IMG/VR virus record: IMGVR_UViG_3300025941_000015
Location: 41,627-105,626 of that record
Strand: one strand, 5' to 3'
DNA: 64,000 nt
DNA from: a virus
A program made the translations under genes and the position numbers. The notes under the pieces were generated by a model that was given only the letters and a program-made list of their open reading frames with translations, was not told the DNA's origin and searched no databases. Position 1 is the stretch's first letter, and every line of letters starts with the position of its first letter. Shown here in pieces: positions 48,877 to 58,597 of the stretch.

Positions 48877-49719
48877 GTGGCAACCATCGAGAGCGTCATG
48901 GCGGGAGCCCGCAAGTACATGCGGGACTTCCCCCGGTACTTCACCGCCTCGGTGGGTGTCGTTGGCACCCCCAGGCTCCTCAAGCTCCCGCACCCCAACG
49001 TGGTGCCGCAGGAGCTGTCCGTGGAGGCCATCGGCCCGACGTCGTACTGCACGGGGCTGCTGGCGTTGACGGGCGTCTCGTCGGCTGAAGGTGTGTTCGT
49101 CTACACGCTCGACGTGCGCGAGGGCCTCATCAAGATCCTGAACCCGCCCACCAACGGGTGGGGCGACGCCACGAACTTCAACATGGACGGCTACTACTTC
49201 CCGTGGGTCAGCCCTGGCGACATGCAGTTCTACGCCGAGGTGCTCATCACCGAGCACGGCACTCAGCGGCCCGAGTTCGATCTCGACGAGGTGTCAGACG
49301 CCGAGGAAGACCTCATGCAGCTCGGTACGGCCATCGAGGCGTGCTGGGCCCTGCTGTTCCAGTACTCGCGGGACATCGACGTCAGCACCCCTGAGGCGAT
49401 CGGTCTGCCCCTTACACAGCGCTTCCGGCAGCTCGAAGACCTCCTCATGCACCTGAGCGAGAAGTACAAGACCAAGGCCAACATGCTCGGCGTCGGTCTG
49501 GAGCGCGTCACGGTCGGCATGCTGCGGCGCACGAGCTACACCACCAACCGTCTCGTGCCGGTGTACCAGCCTCGCGAGTGGGACGACGGCTCGCCGCCGA
49601 AGCGGCTCTTCCCGCCCATCGATCAGAACGCACCGTCGACACCTCCACCCGGCTTCCAACCTGCGGCCGTGGTCACGGGCTACTACGAGGAGATCCACGC
49701 CTACACCGGAGAAGGCTGA
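48877..49719 (+). CDS. head-to-tail adaptor/neck-like protein
   Basis: DIDVSTPE...QRFRQL...LRR.S.TTNRLVPVY.P.EWDD; position in the structural module. Confidence 0.6.
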   Translation: MATIESVMAGARKYMRDFPRYFTASVGVVGTPRLLKLPHPNVVPQELSVEAIGPTSYCTGLLALTGVSSAEGVFVYTLDVREGLIKILNPPTNGWGDATNFNMDGYYFPWVSPGDMQFYAEVLITEHGTQRPEFDLDEVSDAEEDLMQLGTAIEACWALLFQYSRDIDVSTPEAIGLPLTQRFRQLEDLLMHLSEKYKTKANMLGVGLERVTVGMLRRTSYTTNRLVPVYQPREWDDGSPPKRLFPPIDQNAPSTPPPGFQPAAVVTGYYEEIHAYTGEG

Positions 49720-50228
49720 TGGTGAGCTTCAACGATGTCGAGTTCGGGTCGTTCGGCGATCACCGGGACCAGTACCGCGGCACGGACCAGCCGTACGTGC
49801 GCCAGGAGATGTACCAGCCGAAGGGCAGCAAGAACCGCTTCGCTCTGACCGAGAGCAACGGCAACGTCACGGCGCATCGGATCGGCAAGCCCGACTCCGT
49901 CCTACCCGGTGGTCGACCGGCCAAGCAGCTCGCTGGTGCCATCTCGGTGTGGGGTGGTGGCACCGGCTCGCCGGAGGGTCACAAGGAGATCCTGCGGGCC
50001 GATGTGCGGGAGGGCTTCCGCGGCACGGGTCTGAGCAGGGCGATGCTGCAGATGGTGGCCGACCGTCACCCCGATGTCTCTCATAGCCCGGCGCTCACGC
50101 CGCAGGGCGCCCGCTTCGCCGCCCGCAACCCGCTCCCCGGCGACACCGAGGCCACGAAGGCGACGCAGAAGCGCAGCATCACCGCTGACGTCGCCACCAC
50201 ACTGCTCGGCGGGCCGAGGAGGGTCTGA
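49719..50228 (+). CDS. GNAT acetyltransferase-like protein
   Basis: DVREGFRGTGLSRAML (acetyl-CoA motif A), HS..LTPQG..FA; coupled ATG. Confidence 0.75.
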   Translation: MVSFNDVEFGSFGDHRDQYRGTDQPYVRQEMYQPKGSKNRFALTESNGNVTAHRIGKPDSVLPGGRPAKQLAGAISVWGGGTGSPEGHKEILRADVREGFRGTGLSRAMLQMVADRHPDVSHSPALTPQGARFAARNPLPGDTEATKATQKRSITADVATTLLGGPRRV

Positions 50229-50668
50229 TGCCTGCCAGCGACCACGTGAACCGGACGGAGTTCACCACCATCTTCCACCCGGCGAACCCGAAGGAGATGG
50301 GGGGCCTCTCCTCACACACACTGGAGGCGTGGTCTCCCGAGCACGCTGACACGCCGTGGGCGAGGGAGCACCCCAGCTCTCGCGTGACCTGGGTCGGGAC
50401 CGACGTCGACCCTGGCATCAAGCCGATCGCCTCGATGGGATGGCACCACAAGACCGGTGAGATCAGGGGCGTCTTCACACAGGAAGAGCACCAGCGTCAG
50501 GGCATCGCCTCGGCACTGTTCCATGAGGGCAGCTCGATCCCCGGCACCCCGACCCCCAAGCACTCCCCAGACCGGACACGAGCCGGTGACGCATGGGCGA
50601 GGGCCGTCGGAGGGCGGGTTCCGCGTCATACCCGAGGTGACAACCCGTACCCACCGAGGGAGACGTAG
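50228..50668 (+). CDS. GNAT acetyltransferase-like protein
   Basis: EIRGVFTQEEHQRQGIASAL, HSPDRT.AGDAWA. Confidence 0.8.
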   Translation: MPASDHVNRTEFTTIFHPANPKEMGGLSSHTLEAWSPEHADTPWAREHPSSRVTWVGTDVDPGIKPIASMGWHHKTGEIRGVFTQEEHQRQGIASALFHEGSSIPGTPTPKHSPDRTRAGDAWARAVGGRVPRHTRGDNPYPPRET

Positions 50669-50670
50669 TC

Positions 50671-51621
50671 ATGGTTCGTGTATCTGATCTCGGCCCACAG
50701 TGGAGTGACTCCTTCGGGCCCGAGCCGGTCGTGGCGAAGGCCACAATGGATGTGAACAGCGGTCGCACCCCGAAGCAGGCCAACGTGTGGCGTGGTGAGA
50801 CGAGGAAGATCTACCCGACCCCCGAGTACCCCGACCCGGCCAAGGCGTCGCGGGAAGACCCTGCTGGTCTGATCGAGCACTGGACTTCGGGGAGCCACCC
50901 CTACCCAGCCGACTCGGGCTACGGGACGTACAGAACCAACGACAAGGGAGAGAGCGTCTTCGGACCGGTCAACGAGGTGACCAGTGGTGTTCACTGGACG
51001 GAGTCGCCGCAGTCCATCCCCGAACGGTTCACCGAGAGCACCTTCAAGGCTCTTCAGCACGGCACGAAGATGAGTGCCAACGAGGCGCGGATGATCAAGG
51101 AGGACGAGCGGATAGACGCTCTCACCTTCGGGCCCGACCGCAAGCCCTGGAGGGACGAATGGACACCGGAGGAAACGGCTCTGGAGACGAAGGTGGAGCG
51201 GCGCAAGAACCAAGGGAAGCAGCCCTTTCGAGATCTCGGCCACCGTGCGGAGATGGGTGGAGGTTCAACGGAGCCGTACAACATGGGTGTGATCTGGCAC
51301 GGCAAGATCGACGCCCGTCACATCGATCACAACAACCCGACGACGGACTTCGAGGACGAGGTGAACCTTCGGATGGACTCGAACGCTCCGCCCGTTCCGG
51401 TCCACGCCATGCAGATCAACGTCCCTGAATCAGGATCCCAGGGGTTCCCTGAGGCGGGAGTGACGCACGACATCGTCCGCCGGGCAGGGAAGAGTGGCGC
51501 GGATGCCGATCCCTACCAGGCGGTGCTACCTCACTCCCTGGTCCCTTGGAGCACGGTGCAGTTCCCCCCTGGCCAGGAGAAGCAGATCCCCATTCGGGAT
51601 GGCAGGCGGTCGAACCTCTGA
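50671..51621 (+). CDS. hypothetical protein with N-terminal LGPQW-SDSFG tag; possibly ART-like
   Basis: VWRG...GVHWT...EDEV could be an R-S-E ADP-ribosyltransferase pattern (weak). Confidence 0.6.
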   Translation: MVRVSDLGPQWSDSFGPEPVVAKATMDVNSGRTPKQANVWRGETRKIYPTPEYPDPAKASREDPAGLIEHWTSGSHPYPADSGYGTYRTNDKGESVFGPVNEVTSGVHWTESPQSIPERFTESTFKALQHGTKMSANEARMIKEDERIDALTFGPDRKPWRDEWTPEETALETKVERRKNQGKQPFRDLGHRAEMGGGSTEPYNMGVIWHGKIDARHIDHNNPTTDFEDEVNLRMDSNAPPVPVHAMQINVPESGSQGFPEAGVTHDIVRRAGKSGADADPYQAVLPHSLVPWSTVQFPPGQEKQIPIRDGRRSNL

Positions 51622-52124
51622 TGGTCGCGCTCGGTGCTCAGTTCAACGACTCCTTCGGAGCGGAGCCGGTCCGCTCCAACGCGATCGCCGCCATCAACAC
51701 CGGGCGTGATCCTCGACGGCCCGGTGGCGTTCTCACCAGGGATGCGGTCAAGACGATCTATCGAGCCACCAACATCCGATCGTGGCCCCTGAAGGATCAC
51801 CCCGAGTACGAGGGGAACGACTACAAGGGCACCCCGTCGCCAGGGTTCCCCGACACCAACACGATGGACTCCGTCCGCCACGACGAGCCTCTGCACACCA
51901 GCCAGGCTCACCTCCACGGGCCGACGTTGGAGCGGTACATGCACGAGGGTGCACCGGAGACGGAGTTCGTCAACGGTGAGGAGGACTGGGAGGTGCCGTA
52001 CTCTCCCGACGTGACAGAGGATCGCCACGGCAACACCTGGATCAACGAGGGCCACCACCGGATGGTCGCTTCCCGTCTTCGCGGTGACTACAGCACCGAT
52101 GTGTACAAGGGATACCGAGACTGA
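51621..52124 (+). CDS. ParB/Srx-like protein with N-terminal LGAQF-NDSFG tag
   Basis: LHTSQ...P.V...WINEGHHRMVASRLRG. Confidence 0.7.
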   Translation: MVALGAQFNDSFGAEPVRSNAIAAINTGRDPRRPGGVLTRDAVKTIYRATNIRSWPLKDHPEYEGNDYKGTPSPGFPDTNTMDSVRHDEPLHTSQAHLHGPTLERYMHEGAPETEFVNGEEDWEVPYSPDVTEDRHGNTWINEGHHRMVASRLRGDYSTDVYKGYRD

Positions 52125-53056
52125 TGGATCTGCGTCAGGAGGCCGAGCACATCTTCGGCAACGGGTTTGACTGGTACCAGAGCGAGCTGGGCGAGGTCGT
52201 GTTCTGGCACGAGTTCCTCTCGATGCAGTCGGCCTACAACGACACCTACGATGAAGGCGGCCGCCGCTACTCCGCCGGTCTCCTCGTGCCTGCGCTCTGG
52301 GTGATCGTCAACGAGGACCGGCATCGCCCCACCCCCGAGGGGCGCAAGCCGACGGAGAAGCTCACCTGCGCCATATCGGTGCGAGCGCTGCAGGACTCGG
52401 GCATCTCCGACCCGGAGGACTACACCCGGCGCCTCAACGATCTTGTGCGATACGACGATCGCCTCTGGAGGGTCACCGACTTCAACATCCGAGGTCGTGT
52501 GCCCGACTCCATCATCATCGGTGTGACCGCCACGCAGATCTTCCCCGACGAGGAGATGGCGTTCGACACGATGCCCGGTGGTGTGACTGCCCTTGGGGCC
52601 ACCCGCAGGTACGCCTACCCCAACGAGCGCAACGTACACACCTACGCCGACCACGAGCTGCCCGCCCCCAACGGGTCGGACATGCTCTCGTACCAGCTCT
52701 ACAAGGACTTTGACACCAACCCAGAGGATGACGGCGCTACAGCACCGGGCCCGTCACCGGGCCTCTTCTCCATCAACGTCATACCGGACACGGGGAACCC
52801 GTTCAGGTACTCCTTCACCGTGAACGACGACCCGACTCACAACGTTGATTGGGACTACGGAGACGGCTCCACCACCAACGATGTGCTCTGCTCCGAGACC
52901 ATGGTGCACACCTACGAGCAGGCCGGTGACTTCACCGTCACGGCGTACTGCCACAAGGAGACCGTCACCGCTGATGTCATCGTGGCACCGGGGACGGGAT
53001 ACGGCCTGGGCCAATACGGCATTGTTCAACCCTATGGAGGTTACGCCAGTGAGTGA
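52124..53056 (+). CDS. head-closure/neck-like protein with C-terminal PKD domain
   Basis: YDEG...LNDLVRYDDRLWRV; WDYGDG...HTYEQAGDFTVT. Confidence 0.65.
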   Translation: MDLRQEAEHIFGNGFDWYQSELGEVVFWHEFLSMQSAYNDTYDEGGRRYSAGLLVPALWVIVNEDRHRPTPEGRKPTEKLTCAISVRALQDSGISDPEDYTRRLNDLVRYDDRLWRVTDFNIRGRVPDSIIIGVTATQIFPDEEMAFDTMPGGVTALGATRRYAYPNERNVHTYADHELPAPNGSDMLSYQLYKDFDTNPEDDGATAPGPSPGLFSINVIPDTGNPFRYSFTVNDDPTHNVDWDYGDGSTTNDVLCSETMVHTYEQAGDFTVTAYCHKETVTADVIVAPGTGYGLGQYGIVQPYGGYASE

Positions 53057-53744
53057 TGTGACAATGCCGGTCATCGGCCAGGAGCCGTGGGGAGAGACCC
53101 TCAACACCTGCTTGGAGTACCTGTACGAGGAGATCGAGAGACTGTCCTCTCAGATCGCTACCCACACAACGCAGATCGCTGCCAACTCATCGCAGACGAC
53201 AACGAACACCTCTGAGATCGTCGCCCTCAAGAGTGAAGTCGCCGCCAACCAGACGGCCATCATCAACATGGGCAACGACGTGGGCGCCATGTTCGCCCGC
53301 CTCAATCAGCTTGAGGCTCAGGTCTCCAGCAACACCAATGGCCTCAACAGCCTTGGTACACGAGTCTCGGTGGTGGAGGACAGGCCCGACTTCGTCTTCG
53401 TCCAGACCTCCTACATGTTCTCTACTGCCTCTCCACCTGCTACCGGCAACCAGATCCGACTCGACAACGCCGACCCCAAGCTCGCCACGATCTTGGACGT
53501 CCGGCGGGTGGATGCGGACGGTGCCGACCGCAGTTACGGCCTCAGCCTGATAGACACCAAGTCACAGATCAGGCTCAACGTCTACAACGACGCATCCAAC
53601 TGGCACCGCTTCACAGTCATTGGCACGCCGACCAAGGCCGGTCCTGACAACTGGTATGTCCCGGTCGCTTGGCACTCTGGTGTAGGAACGCTGCCCGGCT
53701 CCAAGATCAACGTCGGTCTGTTCATCGATGTCCCGTACCTGTGA
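53049..53744 (+). CDS. coiled-coil fibre protein
   Basis: P.IGQ.PWG..LN N-terminus and heptad repeats. Confidence 0.65.
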   Translation: MSDVTMPVIGQEPWGETLNTCLEYLYEEIERLSSQIATHTTQIAANSSQTTTNTSEIVALKSEVAANQTAIINMGNDVGAMFARLNQLEAQVSSNTNGLNSLGTRVSVVEDRPDFVFVQTSYMFSTASPPATGNQIRLDNADPKLATILDVRRVDADGADRSYGLSLIDTKSQIRLNVYNDASNWHRFTVIGTPTKAGPDNWYVPVAWHSGVGTLPGSKINVGLFIDVPYL

Positions 53745-54064
53745 TGCCTGCCACCGACCACCTCAACCCGTCGCTCTTCCACGGTACGACGCACCCGTTC
53801 AACGCTGGTGACACCATCGAACCGACCGACTCGGACTGGTCGTTCGAGGGCACGCCGATGGCGTTCGCCACTCCTGATCTCGGCAAGGCGCAGCAGATCA
53901 GTCGCACCAAGGCCAAGATGCACAACCGCAAGAACCCCGACGATCCGAGAGAGGCTCATGTCTTCGAGGTCGAGCACATGAGTGGTCCGGCCGACGTGTG
54001 GGGCCTGAAGCCTGAAGTCGCGGACACCGTCGGGTTCCGTGTGAAGCGTAGAGTCGAGGGCTAA
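53744..54064 (+). CDS. Arr-like ADP-ribosyltransferase fold protein
   Basis: LFHGT..F.AGD.IEP...AFATPD...A...VFEVE. Confidence 0.7.
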   Translation: MPATDHLNPSLFHGTTHPFNAGDTIEPTDSDWSFEGTPMAFATPDLGKAQQISRTKAKMHNRKNPDDPREAHVFEVEHMSGPADVWGLKPEVADTVGFRVKRRVEG

Positions 54065-55749
54065 TGGCATTGTCGTTCTACCCTCCCTCGTACCGAGCGT
54101 CGCAATCCGACCTCACCATCTCGATCAGCCCGCTCGGTCTGGTCGAGTTGGCCGACGAGGAGTTCGAGGTTCACGGCGTCCGGCTCTCGCGCTACTCGCT
54201 GTACTGGGCCCACTACCTCGGCCACATGTACGCCTATCGGCGCGAGGTCGGCGAGCCGCAGTTCGCCGCCAACTACGTGCGGGCGCTGAGCGACTACATC
54301 ACCAACTTCACCTTCGGCAAGGGCATCACCTTCCGCACGCCACCGGCCACAGCGGCCATCATCCCATCACTCCTCAAGAGGGTGTGGGAGCAGGACAACC
54401 GCAAGGAAGCTGTGCTGTGGGAGATGGGCCAGACCGCTGGCGTCACGGGCGACTGCTTCGTGAAGGTGGCGTACGAGGATCCCTACGTCGACACGACGGG
54501 GCGCGTCCACCCCGGCCGTGTGCGCATCCTGCCGATGAACCCGGCCCACTGCTTCCCGCAGTGGCACGAGCACGACCGCCAGCGCATGCTGTCGTTCAAG
54601 CTCAAGTACCGCTTCTGGACGACGGCGGCCGACGGCACCCGCCAGGTCATGACCTACGTCGAGCGGATCTCCGAGACCGGCATCGAGGAGTTCGTGAACG
54701 ATGAGCTGATTGACTCGCGGCCCAACCCGCTCGGCGTCATCCCCATCGTGTACATCCCCAACAACCCCGTCTCAGGGTCACCCTGGGGCACGCCGGACAT
54801 CGCCGACGTTGTGGCCCTGAACCGCGAGTACAACGAGAAGGCGCTGGAGATCAGCGACATCATCAACTACCACTCGGCACCCATCACCGTCGTGACCGGC
54901 GCCAAGACCTCGCAGTTGGAGAAGGGCCCCCGCAAGACGTGGACCCTGCCCAAGGATGCTCGGGTGGAGAACCTCCAGTCGCTCGTCGACCTCTCCGGTC
55001 CGCTCGGCTACATGGACGTCATCAAGCGCGTCATGCACGAGATGACCGGCGTGCCTGAGCAGGCCCTCGGCCAGATGCAGCCGATCTCCAACACCAGCGG
55101 CGTGGCGCTCCACATCCAGTACCAGCCCCTGATGAACCGCTACAACATGAAGAAGCTCCAGTTCACCTCGGGCTTCCAGCGCATCAACGAGATCGTCCTG
55201 CTCACCCTCTTCCAGAAGGAGCCGTGGACGCTCCAGTTCGATGCCCGTGAGAGCGCCGCCCCGCCCGACGGGTCACTGCTCGTGCTCGACCCGGCTGACC
55301 CCAACACGTACGAGACGTCGGTCCACTGGCCACCCCCGTTGCCGGTCGACATCCTCGTCAAGCTGAACGAGATCATGGCCAAGATGAACCTCGGTCTGGA
55401 GTCCAAGCGGGGCGCTCTGCGCGAGCTGGGCGAGGAGTTCCCCGAGGAGAAGATGGCCGAGATCTTCGCTGAGCTGATCGAGGATCAGAAGGAAGCAGCA
55501 GCGTTGCAGCTCCGTCAGGCGGCCACATCGATGGCTGTCTTCCTGCTCACGGGCATGCCGCCAGATGGCCAAGGCCCGCCCGGCGAGGACAACGGCGCTA
55601 CTGTTACATCTGCTGGATCACCCAGCGATCAAGGAAGCACAGGGGCACCCGCTGCGGTGTCGCCAGAAGTGGCGAACATTGCACAACAACTGGTCGAAGA
55701 AGCCTACGGAACGAAGTTGGCTCAGTACCGGAATCCGTCGAACCAATAG
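54064..55749 (+). CDS. portal protein
   Basis: 561 aa; GDCFVKV, IPIVYIPN, MHEMTGVP, SNTSGVAL; precedes scaffold and capsid. Confidence 0.88.
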   Translation: MALSFYPPSYRASQSDLTISISPLGLVELADEEFEVHGVRLSRYSLYWAHYLGHMYAYRREVGEPQFAANYVRALSDYITNFTFGKGITFRTPPATAAIIPSLLKRVWEQDNRKEAVLWEMGQTAGVTGDCFVKVAYEDPYVDTTGRVHPGRVRILPMNPAHCFPQWHEHDRQRMLSFKLKYRFWTTAADGTRQVMTYVERISETGIEEFVNDELIDSRPNPLGVIPIVYIPNNPVSGSPWGTPDIADVVALNREYNEKALEISDIINYHSAPITVVTGAKTSQLEKGPRKTWTLPKDARVENLQSLVDLSGPLGYMDVIKRVMHEMTGVPEQALGQMQPISNTSGVALHIQYQPLMNRYNMKKLQFTSGFQRINEIVLLTLFQKEPWTLQFDARESAAPPDGSLLVLDPADPNTYETSVHWPPPLPVDILVKLNEIMAKMNLGLESKRGALRELGEEFPEEKMAEIFAELIEDQKEAAALQLRQAATSMAVFLLTGMPPDGQGPPGEDNGATVTSAGSPSDQGSTGAPAAVSPEVANIAQQLVEEAYGTKLAQYRNPSNQ

Positions 55750-55794
55750 CTTCCGAACACACCGTAGAACTACATCCACAGGGGAAACTGAATC

Positions 55795-56604
55795 ATGAGC
55801 AACGTTGATACAACCGTGTCTACAGGAGATGGCTTCATTGTGGGCGTCGAGCCCGCCGCCACTCCGGCAAGCCGTTTCGCACAGGGAACACAGGACACGG
55901 GTCCAGTCGTACAGCCCGCACCGCAGCAAGGTCAGACCAACGGGGAACGAACCTTCACCGAAGCACAGGTCGAAGAGTTCCGCAAGCAGGAGAAGGACAA
56001 GGTCTACCCTCGCATCGAGTCGATGGCGAAGGAACTGGAGGAGTTGAAGGCCGAGCGCGACGCAGCCCGCAAGGCAGCCGCAGACGCTCAGGCCGCAGCC
56101 GAGGCGGAAGCCAAGGCCAAGGCCGAAGAGGAGATGACCGTTCGTGACCTGCTCCGGCAGACTCAGGAGCAGTTCGAGCAACAGATCACCACGGTCCGTA
56201 CCGAGGCGGAGATCGCCAAGGCGGAGCTGGAACAGGAGCGTCGGCTCCAACAGCTTCGGGACTACCGTTCAGCAGCGTTGTCCGCCAACGCCGCATTGAT
56301 CCTCCCCGACATCGCCGACTACGTCGCCGGGGAGACACCCGAGCAGATCGACGCATCCATAGCGGATGCAATCGAGCGCTCCGAGCGAATCGCTCAGGGC
56401 GCAATGGCCGTTCGCCAGCAAGCAATCCAGGGGATGCAAGGAGTGCGCTCCACGTCCCCGACTGGCAACGGTCCTCTGGAGGAGCAACAGGAGCAGAAGA
56501 CGATCACGCCCGAGCAGATCCGGGCGATGTCACCATCGGAGTACGCCGCACACCGGGGCACCTTGCACGCCGCAGGGCGAGCGCAGTTCTACGGACAGCG
56601 TTGA
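55795..56604 (+). CDS. capsid scaffolding protein
   Basis: Coiled coil RKQEKDKVYP; C-terminal I..MSPSEYAAHR. Confidence 0.8.
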   Translation: MSNVDTTVSTGDGFIVGVEPAATPASRFAQGTQDTGPVVQPAPQQGQTNGERTFTEAQVEEFRKQEKDKVYPRIESMAKELEELKAERDAARKAAADAQAAAEAEAKAKAEEEMTVRDLLRQTQEQFEQQITTVRTEAEIAKAELEQERRLQQLRDYRSAALSANAALILPDIADYVAGETPEQIDASIADAIERSERIAQGAMAVRQQAIQGMQGVRSTSPTGNGPLEEQQEQKTITPEQIRAMSPSEYAAHRGTLHAAGRAQFYGQR

Positions 56605-56660
56605 ACTAGCTGTCCACACATCGAAATCACTCAACCATTCTCCAGAGGAGGAAGTAAGTC

Positions 56661-57797
56661 ATGCCAGACATTGCTGGTGGTATCAGCGGTTCAGGGAACC
56701 TGTACTCGGGGGTCAGCGGCGGGTCCAACCCCGCAGCCGTCCCCGTGGGTGGTGCGTTCCTTGGCGTCCAGGCGGCGCCCGCGCCGTCGGGCATCGTCAC
56801 CCAGGGTTACCCGCAGGGCACTGCGATCACAGGTTCATCCGCGTTGACCCCGGCCATCCAGGCCATCTGGTCGAAGGAGATCCTCTTCCAGGCCATGCCG
56901 ATTCTGCGCTTCGAGCAGTTCGCCGTGAAGAAGACCGAGCTGGGAGTCATGCCCGGCCTGACCGTGAACTTCCTCAAGTACAACAATCTGGACGTCAACG
57001 AGACGCTCGGAGCGGAACTCACCGAAGGTGTGCGCCTGACCACGTCGGCCCTCAGCGCCTTCCAGTTCCGCATCAGCGTTGCGGAGCAGGGCAAGGCCAT
57101 CGCCGTCTCGGAGCTGCTCCTGCACGCTTCGTTCGACGACATCATGGCGTCGGGCTCCCGTCTCCTTGGCCGTCACATGGCGGCCTCGATGGACTTCCAG
57201 GCCCGGAACACGCTGCTCAACTCTGCTGGCAACGTGGCGTTCGGCTACCGCAAGGCGGCCCCGTTCCAGGGTGCCTCGACGAACATCTACGATCCGGGCC
57301 TCGTGGCGGTCAACCAGGCAGCGGTCGACGCCGCCGACGGCACCGCAGCCAAGGAGGCGTACTTCCTCACCCCGCACTCGGTCAAGGATGCTGTCGAGCA
57401 GCTCGCCACGCTCAACATCCCCCGACTCGGTGAGACCTACGTCCACTTCATCCACCCGCACCAGTCGCGCCGCCTGCGTGACACGCCGGAGTGGATCGAA
57501 GTGACGAAGTACGCGGCCCCCGGCAACTTCATGCTTGGCGAGATCGGCCGCATCAACGATGTTGTGTTCATCGAGACCACGCAGGTCCGCAAGACCAACG
57601 TCGGTGCCGTCGGCTACGACACCTACGACTCGATCATGATCGGCGACAACGCCTTCGGTCATGCCGTGTCGCTCCCCGTGGAGCTGCGTGACGGCGGCGT
57701 TCTCGACTTCGGTCGTGAGCACGCCCTCGCCTGGTACGCCATCTGGGGCTTCGGCGCAATCACGCCGCAGGCGGTCTCGCTCGTCTCCACGAACTGA
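56661..57797 (+). CDS. major capsid protein (N4-gp56-like family)
   Basis: WSKEILFQAMP.LRFEQFA, FIHPHQ, GEIGRI..V.FIET, DFGR...LAWY; GAGGAGG RBS. Confidence 0.9.
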   Translation: MPDIAGGISGSGNLYSGVSGGSNPAAVPVGGAFLGVQAAPAPSGIVTQGYPQGTAITGSSALTPAIQAIWSKEILFQAMPILRFEQFAVKKTELGVMPGLTVNFLKYNNLDVNETLGAELTEGVRLTTSALSAFQFRISVAEQGKAIAVSELLLHASFDDIMASGSRLLGRHMAASMDFQARNTLLNSAGNVAFGYRKAAPFQGASTNIYDPGLVAVNQAAVDAADGTAAKEAYFLTPHSVKDAVEQLATLNIPRLGETYVHFIHPHQSRRLRDTPEWIEVTKYAAPGNFMLGEIGRINDVVFIETTQVRKTNVGAVGYDTYDSIMIGDNAFGHAVSLPVELRDGGVLDFGREHALAWYAIWGFGAITPQAVSLVSTN

Positions 57798-57823
57798 GCT
57801 GCTCCCGTCAGAGCAGAACACAG

Positions 57824-57864
57824 GAGCCCTCACGTCAACGGCTAGCGTCGGGGCGTGAGGGCTT
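57824..57864 (+). terminator. hairpin after major capsid gene
   Basis: gagccctcacg...cgtgagggctt. Confidence 0.55.
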
Positions 57865-57911
57865 CGCTCTTCACGTACTCAATCCGTACAACTATGAACA
57901 GGGGAACTCGT

Positions 57912-58247
57912 ATGACAGTCAAGGAAGTTGAAGAGATCGAAGACGACTTCACGGTGGATGAGGATGACTACTCAGACGATGTGGTCGTTGAGGACACTCT
58001 CAACGAGACGACCTCCACTGCGAACTTCATGAATGAGGACGCCGTCGTCGTCGACGAGATCCAAGACCTCGGCGTGGTCGTCGTCGACCCCGAGCAGGAC
58101 GACTACATCGTGCGTGTCATCGTCGATGTCGGCCCGATCTTCTACGGCCCGGAGCGCATCGAGATGAAGCGTGGTCACCGGTACCGAGTGCCGCCGCACA
58201 TCTACCAGTATCTGCAGAAGCGTGACCTTCTCTGGGAGCAGCAGTGA
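57912..58247 (+). CDS. acidic virion-associated protein
   Basis: D/E-rich N-terminus; G..YRVP C-terminus. Confidence 0.65.
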   Translation: MTVKEVEEIEDDFTVDEDDYSDDVVVEDTLNETTSTANFMNEDAVVVDEIQDLGVVVVDPEQDDYIVRVIVDVGPIFYGPERIEMKRGHRYRVPPHIYQYLQKRDLLWEQQ

Positions 58248-58594
58248 CTGCGCGCAAGAAGGCTGCAGAACCGGCGGTCGAGGAAGAGGCCGCCACTCCT
58301 GAGCCGGAGCAGGCTCCTGAGCCGGAGCAGGCTCCTGAGCCCGCACCCCAGCCCGAGCCAGCACCAGAGCAGGCGCCCCCACCCGAGCAGGAGTTTGAAA
58401 CGCCCACCTCACCGGAGGGTGTGGTCCCGAAGCTCTTCGGGATGGTGTACTTCCTGCCAACATCGAACACCATGGGAACCACGACTGAGTCGGGGGCGTC
58501 GTTCGCCCTCGCCGCAGGCGTGCCCGTGAAGATGACCGCCGCCGATGCCGCGGCGCTCGTCGCCGAGGGCCTCGGCTCCATCAAAGGAGACTGA
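58244..58594 (+). CDS. PEPEQA-repeat protein
   Basis: 18-bp tandem ctcctgagccggagcagg at about 58296-58340. Confidence 0.65.
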   Translation: MTARKKAAEPAVEEEAATPEPEQAPEPEQAPEPAPQPEPAPEQAPPPEQEFETPTSPEGVVPKLFGMVYFLPTSNTMGTTTESGASFALAAGVPVKMTAADAAALVAEGLGSIKGD

Positions 58595-58597
58595 CTC

